From NCBI GenBank assembly GCA_964016885.1, contig OZ024740.1:302808001-302872000 (forward strand): a stretch of 64,000 nt of DNA, in the 5' to 3' direction. Shown here one piece after another: positions 27,469 through 41,316 of this stretch. Within the stretch, counting starts at the first letter, position 1, and each line of letters opens with the position of its first letter. This stretch comes from Eledone cirrhosa (Eukaryota). The translations under genes were made by a program, and so were the position numbers. Under the pieces are notes generated by a model. That model worked only from the letters and a program-made list of their open reading frames with translations. It ran no database searches and was not told where the DNA came from.

Positions 27469-28408
27469 TGTGTTTGTGGGTGTGTGTATTCTTCGATGGA
27501 ACTTCAAGTATTACTATACTAATTCAATGCTAATAGTAACTAAGGACAACGAATGCATCGAAAGCAGTTAAAACTCAGTATAGGAGCGATTAACTATTTA
27601 CAATAAAACGAAGAAAATGGTTAGATGTACATTTTAAACGTGAACTTAAATATTATGTTTTATTTATAAAACGTAAACTGTAAATTTATTTTGTCATTAC
27701 AGTAGTTACTTTCTTTAGTCAGATAAAGGTGGAACTTTTTCTAATTGTGCGATTGTAGACATGAAATATATGAAAATTGAAATTAGTATTTTTTAAATAC
27801 ATATTGTTTTAATAGGTGTTATAGTGTTACAGACAATTTAAATTGGAGTTGAAACTAAATTTATTGGAAAGAGAGGCGTATCTATGTTTCTAACCAGTCT
27901 TCACCATTATTAATGCAAGAAAGTCTTATAAAAGTGAAGGATCAAATACCAGAGGACACTGGAATAGCGCTGCATAACTGGAAAGAAAATCTCAGGATAT
28001 CTGTGAAATGTTTTGTGGATATGAAGTGTGCAAGGGTCTCGTTGCAATTGAGATTAAATTAGATGTGTACCAGAATTTATTCTAACGAATTAAGTCTAAA
28101 CATATTTAAGTGTAGATTTTCTATATTTTGGGGCTAAGAATTTTTTTTTTTTTTTTAGTTTTATGTTCTTCATACTTGACACGGTTTTAATATTGTCATT
28201 GTACAATTTAGCTCTTTGTATGACATTCAAATTAAAACTAAAGTGCCTTTGCTACATTTTTCTTTCACTTCGATAAACATGTATTTTGTATTTATGGTGG
28301 CTAGTCGTTATGTTTTTTGAAAGTTGGTTTGTTTATGATAAATAATAAGAGGTATATATATTTAAGCAAAATTAGATGAACTGGTTTAAGAGAGATTTAA
28401 ATAGTAAA

Positions 28409-28560
28409 CATGGCTATGCGATTAAGGAGCTCGTTTGGCTGCCACATGGATCTAGTTTCAATTCCAGTGCGCGGCTCCTTGGTCATGTATATTCAACAAT
28501 AGTCTCAGGCTGACCAATGCCTTTTGAGTAGAATTTGGTAGATGGAAACTGCAGAAACTC
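28409..28560 (+). mobile_element. Second tRNA-derived SINE family, diverged
   Basis: TGGCTATGCGATTAAG (A-box-like), GTTTCAATTCC (B-box-like), 3' GAATTTGGTAGATGGAAACTG. A degenerate minus copy lies near 39660-39790. Confidence 0.6.
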
Positions 28561-28582
28561 GACATACACATGCACACATATA

Positions 28583-28640
<58 letters not shown>

Positions 28641-29879
28641 GTGGGAGTTGTCTCTGTGTGTTTGTGTGTGTATGTGTGCGTGTCTGTGTCTATGTTATAT
28701 TCTCTAACTTAGCGGTACAACAATAGGGAATACATAAAATGTAGTACTATATTCTCAATCTAATAACTAAAGTTAATAAAAGAATATTTTGTTTTCAAGA
28801 TTGCATACTATTTAAGGAATGGATGGGAAGGTTCCTAAGTAGCTTAAACTAATTATGATGACTCTCGTGAGAACTTGTGATTGCTATTATGGGAAATTGT
28901 TGGGTAAGGTGTAGAAACATGCTCACTCTATTGTTGATTCAAGATGGATCTGGTGGAATCTCATGATGGCAATAGTCTGCAATTATCATTGCTACAGTAT
29001 CGATCCTTGATTACTAAGACGTGTCTATATAGTAGAACCAGGATGACCTATGTGAGTACACACGAATGGTATTGTGTGATACGTGATAGCGCTGGAATTG
29101 AATTTTTATGAGAGACTGTATTGATTGAAATAGTCAGCCACCACACGGAAAAGAAGACATGCCTCACCATCAAAAAATCAAAAGGAATATCAATAGAACA
29201 ATGATCCATTCATTTCATATTTAGTGGAGTAGGTCTCACTGCTCACAATACAGCACACCCAACTGAGAAATTGTGTCGATTTTCACGTTTCTCGATTCTA
29301 TAATTTCTATTAGATAATAAGCCTTAACTATCGTTGCGCTCTCACCATTATCACCATTATATATTATTACACTGTTCATCATCTTCATCACCAACATCAT
29401 CATCATCACACCTATCATCATAATCTTGGACACATTTGTGGTCAACCTTCTCTTCCTCATCATAATCAAGATCATTTCAATCACCATCATCAATATTGTT
29501 AATGCTATCAACTGAAGTATCATAATTATTGTCCCGCCTATCGTCCTCATTACTTACACTATCATTTCCACTATCATCTTCCTTGTGTGAATAATACAAT
29601 ACCTTCATCCAATACATTAAACATACGTGTGGCCATTACGTACATATTTATTAATAATTCCCATTCAGAACCACCAATCTGTGATATATTTGCTTAGAAA
29701 TATGCATGTATGCATGCATGGTCCTGTAACTCCTGGTGGAGTTGAAGGCGCCGTAATGGTGTTTCTAGGGCTTTATAACCCTGGCGCAGCCCATCATATC
29801 TTCAGGTCTAAATAAGGCAGATTTCTTCCAGAGAAGAATAGAAAGTGATAGAGAGGAAGTGAGAAAGGGATACGGAGGA

Positions 29880-30040
29880 AGAATCGACCCCAGTACTAAA
29901 CAGGTACTTTATTTATCGACCTGAAATGGATGAAAGACAAAGTTGACCTCGGCGGCATTTGAACTCAGAGAGACGAAAGCCGGAACGAATACGGCAAATT
30001 ATTATATCTGACGTTCTAATGACTGCCTTTTCGCCGGCTG
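29880..30040 (-). mobile_element. tRNA-derived SINE, diverged
   Basis: GGTACTTTATTTATCGAC...AAAGTTGACCTCGGCGGCATTTGAACTCAGA. Confidence 0.75.
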
Positions 30041-30500
30041 CTTAGAAATATATCTTCTTTCAATGCTACATTCTGAAATATGCTAACCTTCTATATCTAT
30101 GGAACGACTCTAGGGTAGAGAGTGCAAAAGAACATCAAGGGTGGTTACAGTAAAATCATTAACAAAGTTTTGCTTCAACAATGAGTCACATAGCAATATG
30201 AAGCATACATACGGATATATATAATTGTGTGTATTTATGTGATAGAGATTGTGTGATGTGTGTTAATAGGTATATATATATATATATATGTGTGTGTATG
30301 TGTGTCTGTGTGTCTGTGTGTGTTTCTGTGTGTGTGTCTGTGCGTGTCTCTGTGTGTTTACAAACAAGTTAGCTTTAACAGATTACCAATTATATGCAAC
30401 CATGCATACATACGTAATTTCTGTTCAATATCGTTTATCATGAATACAAAGTATATATACTTAACTGAACTCCTGATATGTAATTTATTAACTTACAACA

Positions 30501-30639
<139 letters not shown>

Positions 30640-30663
30640 AAATCGACGGTATCTACAGTTACA

Positions 30664-30767
30664 GAAGTACTCAATACATTAATATAGAAATGGCTTCTAC
30701 AGGACTGCTTCATTCGTATGAAATCATCAGCATTCCTGTTGATTTCAGTTCTAATTCTGTAGAAGTC

Positions 30768-30770
<3 letters not shown>
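30664..30770 (-). mobile_element. Family B copy retaining the CTGATGA core, with fold-back remnant
   Basis: Minus strand ACAGGAATG CTGATGA TTTCATACGAAT GAAG CA GTC CTGTAGAAGCC...TTGAGTACT. The plus strand CAGTTCTAATTCTGTAGAAG is the inverted arm. Confidence 0.65.
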
Positions 30771-30830
<60 letters not shown>

Positions 30831-30844
30831 AGGAAAATAAATCC

Positions 30845-31160
30845 CTTATTTGGGACACGACATGCTGCAACACGTTCTTCACCTCTAACCTAGTTGCTTC
30901 AGCCACAAACCCCGGTATAGCGACCCACAATGCAGAGGACAGGAAAATAAGCAGATACCGAGGCTTATCCGACTGGTTCCTCTTTGCACGGGTCACCATC
31001 GAGACCTCGGGCTTCCGCGGATCTTACACAGCTGACCTCCTCTGTAAAATCGGAATGACAGCAGCTCGTTAGAGGAAGGAGTCCCACGAGGTGAAGTAGC
31101 TGTTGCAGCTGGTGCCCCTTGTTAATGTCTCCGGCAATGCATTTGCCTTTTTATCCATGG
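30845..31160 (+). mobile_element. C-terminal RLE fragment of a CRE/Utopia-type non-LTR retrotransposon (pseudogenised)
   Basis: Translates as LIWDTTCCNTF...AEDRKISRY...VTIETSG...IG...GNA, matching the WDxT...AE..K..KY...VET.G...RGNA pattern; contains stops. Confidence 0.7.
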
Positions 31161-33023
31161 GGTGCAACCGAAACACCACTCTGGCGTATGTGTAGAGTAG
31201 GCATCGGCAACCTTTTGCGAGCAGTGGGCCGTATAGTATGCAGTTTATCAAAAGGCGGTTCGCACTATTAAAACATTCAAGGCAATTTTAAAATTAGGCG
31301 TGTCACTTAGAAAGCCAAAGATACTGCAGTTTGCCCATCACTGCTATAAAGTCTGTCACTCTGCCCAACCCTCTTACTTTCGTTGCTTAATAATCATTAT
31401 TTTTTCCCTCCTTTTCCTCTATTTTGCTGTTTTAATTGCAGTTATCTATCAATATATTTCTACTTTCTGTGTTTGTGTTCTTTTTGTAATCTCTAGGTAT
31501 TTATAAAAATACGTGTGTTTCTAAGTTAAGTGTATATTTCACTTTATCAATTTTTGTAAATATACAAAACTTTATAATGTTAAAATAAATACCTTTTCCT
31601 GATTGAAATAAGAATATTTGCTAACAAAAGTATACCACATGAAAACGTATTTATACAAGAATGCGTTTGACTTTCTGAATCACTTCACATCTGCATGGTA
31701 TGCAGATGCAATATGGCTGGAATAGTATGCAAAGCAATATGGCTGAAATTTGATTTTTCTTGCTCTCTTTTATCCTGTTGAAGTAATATATAGCGTTTCT
31801 ATGTAGTCCGACCTTGTGCAGATGACTCAGCCATGATTCTCATCATTTCTTTTTTCCTTCTTTTATTTCTACTTTTTTCTCTTTTTTTTTCTTTACCTTT
31901 TTCTTTCTCTCTTTTTTATTTTGTTTCTATCTGTCCTTTTGATCTTTTTTTCCTTTCTTGTATTTTATTCTTTGTTCTTTGTTTATCACTCTTTATTTTT
32001 CTCTTTACCAGTCGATCTAGCTGTCTCTATCCCTCTCTATCTCACCATAGGAAGCTGCAAAGCAAAGCTTTTTACCTGCGTTTGTTGTCAAGTAAATTTA
32101 CAAAAATATGTAGAATCAATGTTTGTAGATATTTTCTCCATAGCTAATGCATTATCCATGTTCTCTACGTTTTCCTTTCCATCCGCCATATCATTATGCT
32201 TCTTTAAAAAAAATAAAAGTATGACAAAGAGTGAGAGAAGGGGAGTAAACGAAGAGAGAGAGAGAAAGAAAGGTAGTGAAAGAAAAGTAGAAAAAGATAG
32301 ACGTCAGGATTACCACTTAAATATATTTTACTGAAATATCGTTGCAATCATCCCACAAATTGTCAGTTGTTATTTTAGCAGATGATGTAGAAAGAAAATA
32401 GCTCGGATGATTTAATTTAGATATAAGAATCTCATTTTTAAAGGGGAAAATAAAATGATACAATGGAGAAATAGGAGATGGAGCACTAGATTGAAATATT
32501 TTAGGTATTTTTTACTTAAGGTAACACCTGTCATATAAATGTGCTTATTCCCCAGTTCAAAAATAATTATAGTATATAGAGTACACACCAGTATTGGCGA
32601 TTCCAGAAGAATCTGCATTATCATTTACTACGTCTACCACTACAATGATTATTGTCACCATATTTATTATTTTTATTGTCACAAACAACAATATTTTCAT
32701 CGTCGTTATTATTGTCACGTTAATCATCATTCTATTCCGTGGAATTTTGTGGATTGTTGTTTATGATATACCTTATTCATGGGTATGACAGTTATGACAA
32801 TCCCCATTTTTTTTTTCAGTTATATGGAACCACATTATTTAACATGTCTTTCCATTCTTAGGATATACGGGGTGTAATTTAAACGGACATTACGCTGCAG
32901 CTTCTAACAGGTGGACTACTTATTTTTTCAGCTACTCATTGTTTCAGAATTATAAAGGTCTTTGTAACAAATCTAACATATTTATCATGCTAATATGGAA
33001 AAGATTGAATCTGTAAGAATATG

Positions 33024-33062
<39 letters not shown>

Positions 33063-33107
33063 ATGTGTGTGTGTGTGTGTGTGTGTCTGTGTGTGTGGGG
33101 GGAGGGG

Positions 33108-33230
<123 letters not shown>

Positions 33231-33314
33231 GAGAGAGGGAGATACTATAGGTGATTCAGTGTATTACTGGTGGTGGTACCAATATAAGCGTTCGATGAAA
33301 AGGCATAGTGTATA

Positions 33315-33590
33315 TAATAGGAGAAAAACGATGGAGCTTCGTTGACCTGTTACGCGTGTTTCGCAGATGATTGGCTCAAGATCACGCGTGGAAACTATGG
33401 ACACGGCTCCAGCATCAATCTGCTTATCAAACTGATGATTCAACTAAACTTTAATATTTGTTGAACAAAACAATGCATGAGTCGCGTCCATAGCTTCCAT
33501 AGGTGACCTCGAGCCTATGCGTAACAGGTCGATACACAATAAAGAGATAAATCACATGAACGAGACTTCATCGATTATTCTTATTATATA
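33315..33590. mobile_element. Family J diverged fold-back element with a degenerate long-stem-II hammerhead on the minus strand (33347-33434)
   Basis: Minus strand CAGT TTGATAA GCAGAT...ATCTGC GAAAC ACGC GTA ACAG. Inverted arm at 33480-33590; second copy at 48833-48990. Confidence 0.62.
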
Positions 33591-34482
33591 TATATACAAT
33601 ATATATATATATATATACAGTGATGGTGATGGTGATAGTAATGGTGATGTTGGTGATGATGATGATGATAATGATGATGATTTTGATGGTTTTGATGATG
33701 ATGATGATGATGATTTTGATGATGATGAGGAGGAGGAGGAGGTGGAGGAGGAGGAGGAGGTGGAGGGGATATTATCTGATATTATCCTCTATCATTAACT
33801 TGCATCAACATGTAAAACCATATAGTTCCTATTAAGTAAACGACGGTATTGCTATCACATTTTCAATGACAACCTGGTTAAACTTATACATTTCAGTTAC
33901 GAAAGACTCTTCTACTCTCTTTAATCATTTGGATCGTTTCATGCAAACCCATCAGTTAGCCAATCAAATTACTTCGTCAAGGCAATTTCTGGAACTAATC
34001 AAATTATCAAACTTTCGATCATCACATTACGTGATCCATTCGTATTGCCTTCACATCTCAATCAGTCTAAATGACCTAAGAACAATCAAATTATACCCTT
34101 TAATTTTATCAGTTTAGCCTATTCTGTAAAAGCCCAATAAGAGAACTGTACACAATGGTTCAAATCAAATCTATTCTATTTAAAAGACCAAATTCTTTTG
34201 TAAACAGGGAGAGAATTGTGAGAAAATATACTAAGCTATGTGAATAATTCAATCTTCTCTATTCTGATGAGCATTCAACTTCAACGATCAAATATTCAAA
34301 TTATTCCCCAAGAACTTCAACACTTTATTTTCTGTATAACGCAAAATATAGTTTTCGTACAAATCTTTCAGATATTTCATTATTAATAACTTATTATTAA
34401 TATTAAAAAGAATCTTAGAAATCATTATAATTATGGAATAATGGAACATCAAAATATGGGATATTCATCATTATTAACGCCA

Positions 34483-34674
34483 TGGTGGATTGGCAGTATC
34501 GGTAGAGGGTCGGACACCATGCTTTGAAGCATAGAGTTACCTCCCTTTATGATTTGAGTTCAAATCCCGCCGAGATTAACTTTGCCTTTCATCCTTACGG
34601 GGTCGATAAAATAAAGTACCAGTAATGCACTGGGATAATTGCTGGCCTTGTGCCAAAAGTAGAAACAATTATTA
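34483..34674 (+). mobile_element. tRNA-derived SINE, near full length, with ATTATTAACGCCAT direct repeats
   Basis: A box TGGCAGTATCGG and B box GAGTTCAAATCC. ATTATTAACGCCAT flanks both ends (~34470 and ~34668), consistent with a target-site duplication. Confidence 0.88.
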
Positions 34675-35257
34675 ACGCCATATTTACGGGAATTTTTATC
34701 ATATCATAGAACTTCACATATCTGAGATTTTGATCGCTATTCCACTTAAGAGCTGAACTATGAATCAGACAGGGAGTGTAAAGAAATTATATTTGCATGT
34801 CTGGACACACAAGTAAATATAATATAATAAGTTGAGGTGATTATCTCTTTTAGTATTGAAGAAATAGTGTATCACCTTCAGTTTGTTGACCTAGTCTTCG
34901 AATAAAAGAATGAAACGAATATATAGCATTTCATAAATTAGTCGCCTATGCTCTTGAATGTTGGAGTTCTATAGAATCATAATCATTGTAACCAAGAACT
35001 CCATTATTAGTAGTGGCAGTGCTGTTATTGCTACTATTGTTGTTAACATCAACATTAACGTCTGTCTTAACGGGGATTCTAGAGTTTAAAAACCAAAGGC
35101 AGTTAAGTTAAGCTGATATCATATTTTGGCAACGAATGAAGCACATATGTGGTCAAAGAAATTACAATCCTAAATGAGCCTGATAGAATTACACTAGAGA
35201 CACAAAAATAGGTTGTTACAGAACTGAATATTTGCATGCAAATATCCACATGCATGT

Positions 35258-35333
<76 letters not shown>

Positions 35334-35399
35334 TATATATATATATATATACATTAAAAGTAAAGTGAAAAAAAGTTAAGAGTTATTTATGGTAGTCTA

Positions 35400-35780
35400 T
35401 GGAACACTTACGGTGTGTCAATTAAAACAAAAGTCGATATCTATAATGCTCTTCTTACAACTCTCTTATGAGGCAGAAGCCTGGGCGCCTTATCACGAAC
35501 GCATAAATAAAATTACCAGTTTCCACATGAGGTCTCAAATGCATATCTGTGGTGTAAAATGTGTTGATAGAATGAAAATATCGAAATGCTGTCGCAATGC
35601 AATATTTCTGGAACAGAAACATTCTCGATCAAATTTCAGTTGAGATGGTGTAGGAGGTTTTGAGAATAAATTATGAAAGAATCCCAAAGCAAGTCTTATT
35701 TTGCCAACTTAAAGGTACGCCGATTACTACTTCACTATAAAAACAAACTTAGGGATAATTTAAAACGGCTGAATATCTGT
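35400..35780 (+). mobile_element. Decayed RTE-clade LINE, RT C-terminal region
   Basis: LSYEAEAW...FHMRSQMHICGVK, LRW, RIPKQVLF, YKNKLRDNLKRLNI motifs with frameshifts. Confidence 0.75.
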
Positions 35781-35897
35781 TTCTATTTATTTTCACTTCG
35801 TGTTTTATATCTATTTTTATTTCTATTTTTCCTGTCCTTTCATGTTTTTCCGCTATCTCCCCACTCACTCCCTCTCGGAGTCCGCTCCCCTCCCACT

Positions 35898-35935
35898 CAC
35901 CTGATGAAGGACTTATGTCCGAAACATCGTAAACC
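35898..35935 (+). ncRNA. Minimal hammerhead-like motif typical of Penelope pseudo-LTRs
   Basis: CTGATGA A GGAC-TTAT-GTCC GAAAC ATC GTA; stem I pairing is poor. Confidence 0.55.
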
Positions 35936-36553
35936 ACCTCGCTCACTTTCACCAGGCGTGTAGCTAATAACATCATGTACCATTTACTCCTGCGTTTGTT
36001 TGTTTATTTCTTATTTCGAACTATATATTAACAGCTTGGAAAATGTTGCGAATAATAGGACTGAGTGCCGCTTGTTATCTTTGAGGAATAACGTATTCGT
36101 CAAGACCTGTTGTATATGAATTGAAAACACAATTATCAACATAACACCCTTCTTGTAAACTAACAATGTCTTCAATGCAATTTTTCAGCTAGCCCAAATG
36201 CTGGCTAACAGGTCATCTCAGGACACGTATCGTTCCTGAAAACTTGGAAAACTTGACTTGCAGTTTCTGTTCAGATCCCTGTAAAAATGCTACAGGCCTG
36301 AAATTACTGATGCGTGTCCACCAAATGCAATAACGCCGTGATATTTTCTTTGCGTGCGCTGAAATTAATTTACCGGTTCTTGCCGTCTTTTTCGACGAGT
36401 GACTCCATCATAAATATATATACTGCGCAGACCGGTGGGGGTGAATTGGGTCTCACAAGGGAACGGGCGAAGAACTCAAGAGCACACGCTTTGTCTGTTC
36501 CCATGTCGATTCAATTTGGATTGCCTCCGAAACATAACCTTATTATGTAACAA

Positions 36554-36628
36554 GCTGTCTGATGATGTCACGGCACTGGGCGCACCGAACCGTGTGGCCA
36601 CTGTTGTCATTGAAATATGTATGACAGC
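36554..36628 (+). ncRNA. Type I hammerhead ribozyme with long stem II
   Basis: GCTGT CTGATGA TGTC ACGGCACTGGGCGCAC-CGAACC-GTGTGGCCACTGTTGT CATT GAA ATATGT A TG ACAGC, followed by ATTAAA and (TA)n at ~36678. Confidence 0.68.
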
Positions 36629-36869
36629 ATTATTATTAAAGGACTTTAACATCTGAAACTACTTCGCTTTTTCTTATTATATATATATATGTGTGTGTGT
36701 GTGTGTTTCAGGGTATATATATAAGCAGCAGGTCGTTGTTCTATATAGCCGTGTTTGTTATGACCAAGGCTGCATGGACATACTTGTTGCGACATGATCG
36801 ATTGAGTCAGCCGTGGGATATTGCTGTATATGTACAGACGTGTTAGCAATTCTGCCACCGAAACATTTA

Positions 36870-37105
36870 CTATTTTGATACAGGTTTATGGAGATGCCAC
36901 TATATCGATTCGTCAACAAATAAACAAAATGTGGAAGTGGTGTGAGCGGTTATGGCGAAAGATTACCGATTAAGTGTTAAGATGGTTGCAGAAGAAACGG
37001 GTTTGGATAAAAACGCAGTTCACAGAATTTTAACAGATCATTTGCATGAGCGAAACATTGTGCAAAACTAGTGCTCAAACACTTGTCTATAGAGCAAAAG
37101 AGCGA
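36870..37105 (+). pseudogene. Mariner-family transposase remnant (HTH region)
   Basis: DYRLSVKMVAEETGLDKNAVHRILTDHLH..CAKLVLKHLSIEQK matches the mariner DRR.T...IA......V..IL...L.M.K.CAKWVP..L...QK pattern; has a stop and a frameshift. Confidence 0.8.
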
Positions 37106-37353
37106 GCCAGTGGGAAAGTTGTCAGGTTTGGTAGAACGATTCGAAATTTTATATACAAATATAGAGCAAATAACATGTACGAAAATAGATGGTAAAAACT
37201 GAGCATCATTCATTTAATATGTATCGATGCCTGAATATTAGTGAGTCAAGATTCGATACTATAAAAATAGTGACACGACTCACTATTTAGCCTTAATAAA
37301 ATGAATATTAAAACTTTACTTCGGTATTGAGTATTCCAGTCGTCAACCACATA

Positions 37354-37391
<38 letters not shown>

Positions 37392-37403
37392 AGTGTGTGT
37401 GTG

Positions 37404-37480
<77 letters not shown>

Positions 37481-38075
37481 CAAAAGACACCAAATATTAA
37501 ATGGTGATTAACGAACGTTTCATCCGCTGCTGGGACTTTTCAAAATCAGATGTTTAATATAGAAACCTCATTATAATCTCACTGAAAAATATTACAACCA
37601 ACGGTCAAAGGAGTTCTTTTGCGGGGAGATTATAATGAACTTTCTATATTAAATATCCCAGGAGGAGATGAAACGTTCAGCATTTAATGTACTAATGTAT
37701 TTGGTGGCTTTTTTAATGAATAATTTGCTTCTAGTGTATTTGTTATCTTTGGCACAATAAGAGTTTGTATACATACATTTTTGGAAAATTATTTCAGAAG
37801 GGTTGATACATAGCCCTTTGTTTTCCTTATTATGATACATTACTCTATTTTGAGCTGTGTTTAACCTCTCCACTTATGGTTTTAATTTTTTTTTTGTGTG
37901 TGAAAAGCGATATATATTCCATATAGTAAGTATCGTCTTCCTGTTTTCATTCGGTTGCAACGTTTTTCGAAATATTTACTTCTTCGTTCACAGATTGATT
38001 TTTTTAGATTCAGGAGCGATTCTTTGCTTAAACTTTAATCTGTTATTTTAATAAATAAATATATATATATATATA

Positions 38076-38279
38076 TAACGAAGGAAATGTGGTAAGGAAC
38101 CAGGTGGTAACGCACCAAAGTACTCAATAATTAGGGTAGTAGAGTGGGTAATAGGAACCAGTAAGACCCCGACGGCTGAGCTCAAGCCGTTTCGACGGCT
38201 AATTCTGGACTAAAATTTAGTCAAGAATTAGCCGTCAAAACGGCTTGAGCTCAGCCGTCGGGGTCTTACTGGTTCCTAT
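38076..38279 (-). mobile_element. Family C fold-back element in (TA)n
   Basis: Near-identical to 25692-25899, with turning point CTGGACTAAA-A-TTTAGTCAAG. Confidence 0.85.
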
Positions 38280-38301
38280 ATATATATATATATATATATA
38301 C

Positions 38302-38568
38302 GGGAGCTTCCCAAACGTCAGCTCGAAAGTAACACAGAGGAGACTGGGATTAGTTGGACATGCTCACCGACATTCAGAGTTGACACTGCACTCAGTGATC
38401 CTGTGAGAGCCCCTACAGGGACACACTAGAAGAGGGAGACCGAGGTTGACTTTTATTGATGCTCTAAGGACAGATACTGGTCTCTGAGAGATCCAAGACA
38501 TGGCGGTGATGATGAAGGACAGAGACCGCTGGAGAGAACTAGTCAATTGACCTAGGGAATTTTACCCG
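38302..38568 (+). mobile_element. RTE-clade LINE 3' end fragment
   Basis: LPNVSSKVTQRRLGLVGHAHRH...RRGRPRLTFIDALRTDTGL...MKDRDRWRELV, with internal stops. Confidence 0.8.
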
Positions 38569-38575
38569 CTCTCTC

Positions 38576-38698
<123 letters not shown>

Positions 38699-38890
38699 GT
38701 GTATGTGTGTTGGCGTGTATCGTGTTTCTAAGTTAGGTACATGCCCAACAAATTTGATGGAAGGTGAAAGTTGATTAAATCAACTCCAGTACTCGACTGG
38801 TTCTTTATTTTATCTACGTTGGAAGGATGATTGTCAACCTTAAAATATGCATCCAATAACTATTAATTCTTCCAACACATCATTAAAAAA

Positions 38891-38984
<94 letters not shown>

Positions 38985-38985
<1 letters not shown>

Positions 38986-39085
38986 GGGTTCAATCGGGGG
39001 TGACCACAGTAAGTAAGGTACTCAATACATAGCAGAGTATACATTTTCAATGTAGAAATGGCTTCTACAGGACTAGAACTTATTC
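38985..39085 (-). mobile_element. Family B fragment
   Basis: CGGGTTCAATC...CCACAGTAAGTAAGGTACTCAATA...GGCTTCTACAGGACTAGAAC is the reverse complement of 8886-8981. Confidence 0.75.
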
Positions 39086-39174
39086 AGCAAATGTAAACGG
39101 AAAACAATGCACCAAATAGATACAATAGAATGAAGATATATATTAGTTTGACGCTTGATATAGTAGGAAACGAG

Positions 39175-39210
39175 TCTTAACGTTTCGGACGTTAGTATTT
39201 CACCAGAAGA
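39175..39210 (-). ncRNA. Degenerate minimal hammerhead
   Basis: TCTT CTGGTGA AATACTAACGTCC GAA ACGT T AAGA; core A6 is mutated. Confidence 0.45.
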
Positions 39211-40312
39211 TAGAATGAGATATAAAAAGATAGTGGAGTGTTGGTAGAGGAGGAAACGAGAAATATTTTGATGGGAGAAAAAGGCACTTGTATGTTTAGT
39301 CATATATATTTGCGTGTATGTTTGTATATAGATATTACAATGTTAGAATGTATATCAGACATACTATCTGAGCGTTTTGTTTTTATCTTTAATGTATTTT
39401 TTTTCCAAAAGGTTAAATGAATATTGGCTGCCACATCGCAAGTCAAGCGCGAACATAGAATATGTTTGACTGTTGTGTTTATGAACTTTCTGTCTTAGTA
39501 GCGTCTTTTGTCAGTTCCGACAAACAAATCTTGCAGCTGTGTGATTAATATATCTACTTACTCATTAAATTAAGATGCTACGTTCCCACACACTCTTGTA
39601 CCTTTAATGCAATTATCATTCAAAATCACTATAACACTCCGTTACGACCATGACACTTCATCCGCCGGATTTCCACATTTATGTCTACCCAGTTTCACTC
39701 AAATGTCTTCACTATATGCGAACCTATGACAGAAGATATTTGTCCAATGTGGCACACATTATGATTGAAGCTAAACTATAGATAATACTGCACCTGTACT
39801 TAACTTAGGCTACTGAATGATCTGTTGAATTTAACAAGGTTTCATATTTCCCAATAGTTGCATATTTCAGATTATAGGAACTTACCTCTGAAGATAACAA
39901 GTTTCTGGTTCTGATCCAACATAAATCGACCTCTTCACTTTTATCTATTGGAATTCAATATGCGAAATACGAAATACATTTACTTGATGGTTTGGCTTCT
40001 CGGTAAGAAGTATAATGGCCTCAAGTTTTAATCTAACTAGAGGTACTTTTCGTTTAAAATTCAGCGGTATATTATGTGGATGATAGTGTTTCTATCATCT
40101 TCTTAATAGTAGAGAAATTGAAAGTATATACTGCTTCTCAATGAAAGGATCTAAGATGGAAAATTGAATAAAGAAATATGTAATATACATTTTAAATGTT
40201 TACGAGTATGGATTATACACATCCTTAACTTTAAGACGTCATCTGCCCTATTATCCATTTTATCATGAGAAAATCATCTCTTTTTCTCACACTCTTTCCC
40301 TCTTCCACTTGG

Positions 40313-40420
<108 letters not shown>

Positions 40421-41316
40421 TTTGATTCTCTTTCTCTTCCGTTTTTTTCATTACTCTTACTTTTCCTTATTCTTTTTTTAATGTAAGCTAGATCAACAGT
40501 TCATATTCTATTATAAAATTTAGATGTGTGCGTGAATATGTATGTGTGCATGTGTGTATATATATAAGTGTATGCATGCACGTAATTTTCTGTTTATTAT
40601 ATTCGTTTCAGAACCAGTTATTTTACTGTTCTTTGTGACAGCCTGTACTTCGCCATCTATCCGTCTCTCTTTTAGCGTTTAATGAAGCAGTATATGTATA
40701 TTCACGGTATATGTTAGTCGTCAATTTGACTACTTAGATATAAAACTATATAATTGTATGCCATAGAATTGAAGTAAATCAGGAATTAATTGTTCAAGTT
40801 CTTTACTTGAGATTATATAGGGAGTTCTTAAAGCCAGAAGCTTTGATTATAAATCGACATGTAAGAACTTGAACTTTGATCTCTCAGAGTGTCATTAGAA
40901 ATATATAAATGAATTATGCAATTACATAATAAATTGCGATTTCCTTATTAGGCAAAAAGCCTTAAGCAAGTGGTAAAATTAAGTGTCTTATCAACAGATT
41001 CCAGGCAACATCTGCTGAGCAATAAAAACTCAAGACTCGAAACAAATAAAATGGCTTATTTCGTCTACTTGGTCAATATATTGAATACACTGCCCATAGG
41101 AATAATGACTTATTAATCTGAGTTAAGTAATCTAATCAACACTATATGAACTCGTGACCCTAATAAAAGGGTTTCGGCGAGTTTATCCGATTAATCAATG
41201 CTGTCCACACTATTCATAATGAGGAATGGTTTCGAAGTAAATAACAAAACTTAGCCTTAAGAACGTTACAGCTAAATACTTCGCGATTCTTATACTTATG
41301 GTAATAATAGTCACTA

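Noticed and set aside
33620-33770. Acidic D/E-rich coding exon
   Set aside because: A (GAT)n/(GAG)n simple repeat with no splice or homology support.
34260-34310. CTGATGAG as a ribozyme core
   Set aside because: No downstream GAAA or stem II; likely a chance match.
36170-36540. Helitron helicase or GIY-YIG coding remnant upstream of the 36554 hammerhead
   Set aside because: Only a weak AFGG tetrapeptide; no supporting motifs in any frame.
39886-39945. Minus-strand mini-exon with AG acceptor and GTAAGT donor
   Set aside because: Splice-like signals alone are common, and the peptide is unrecognisable.
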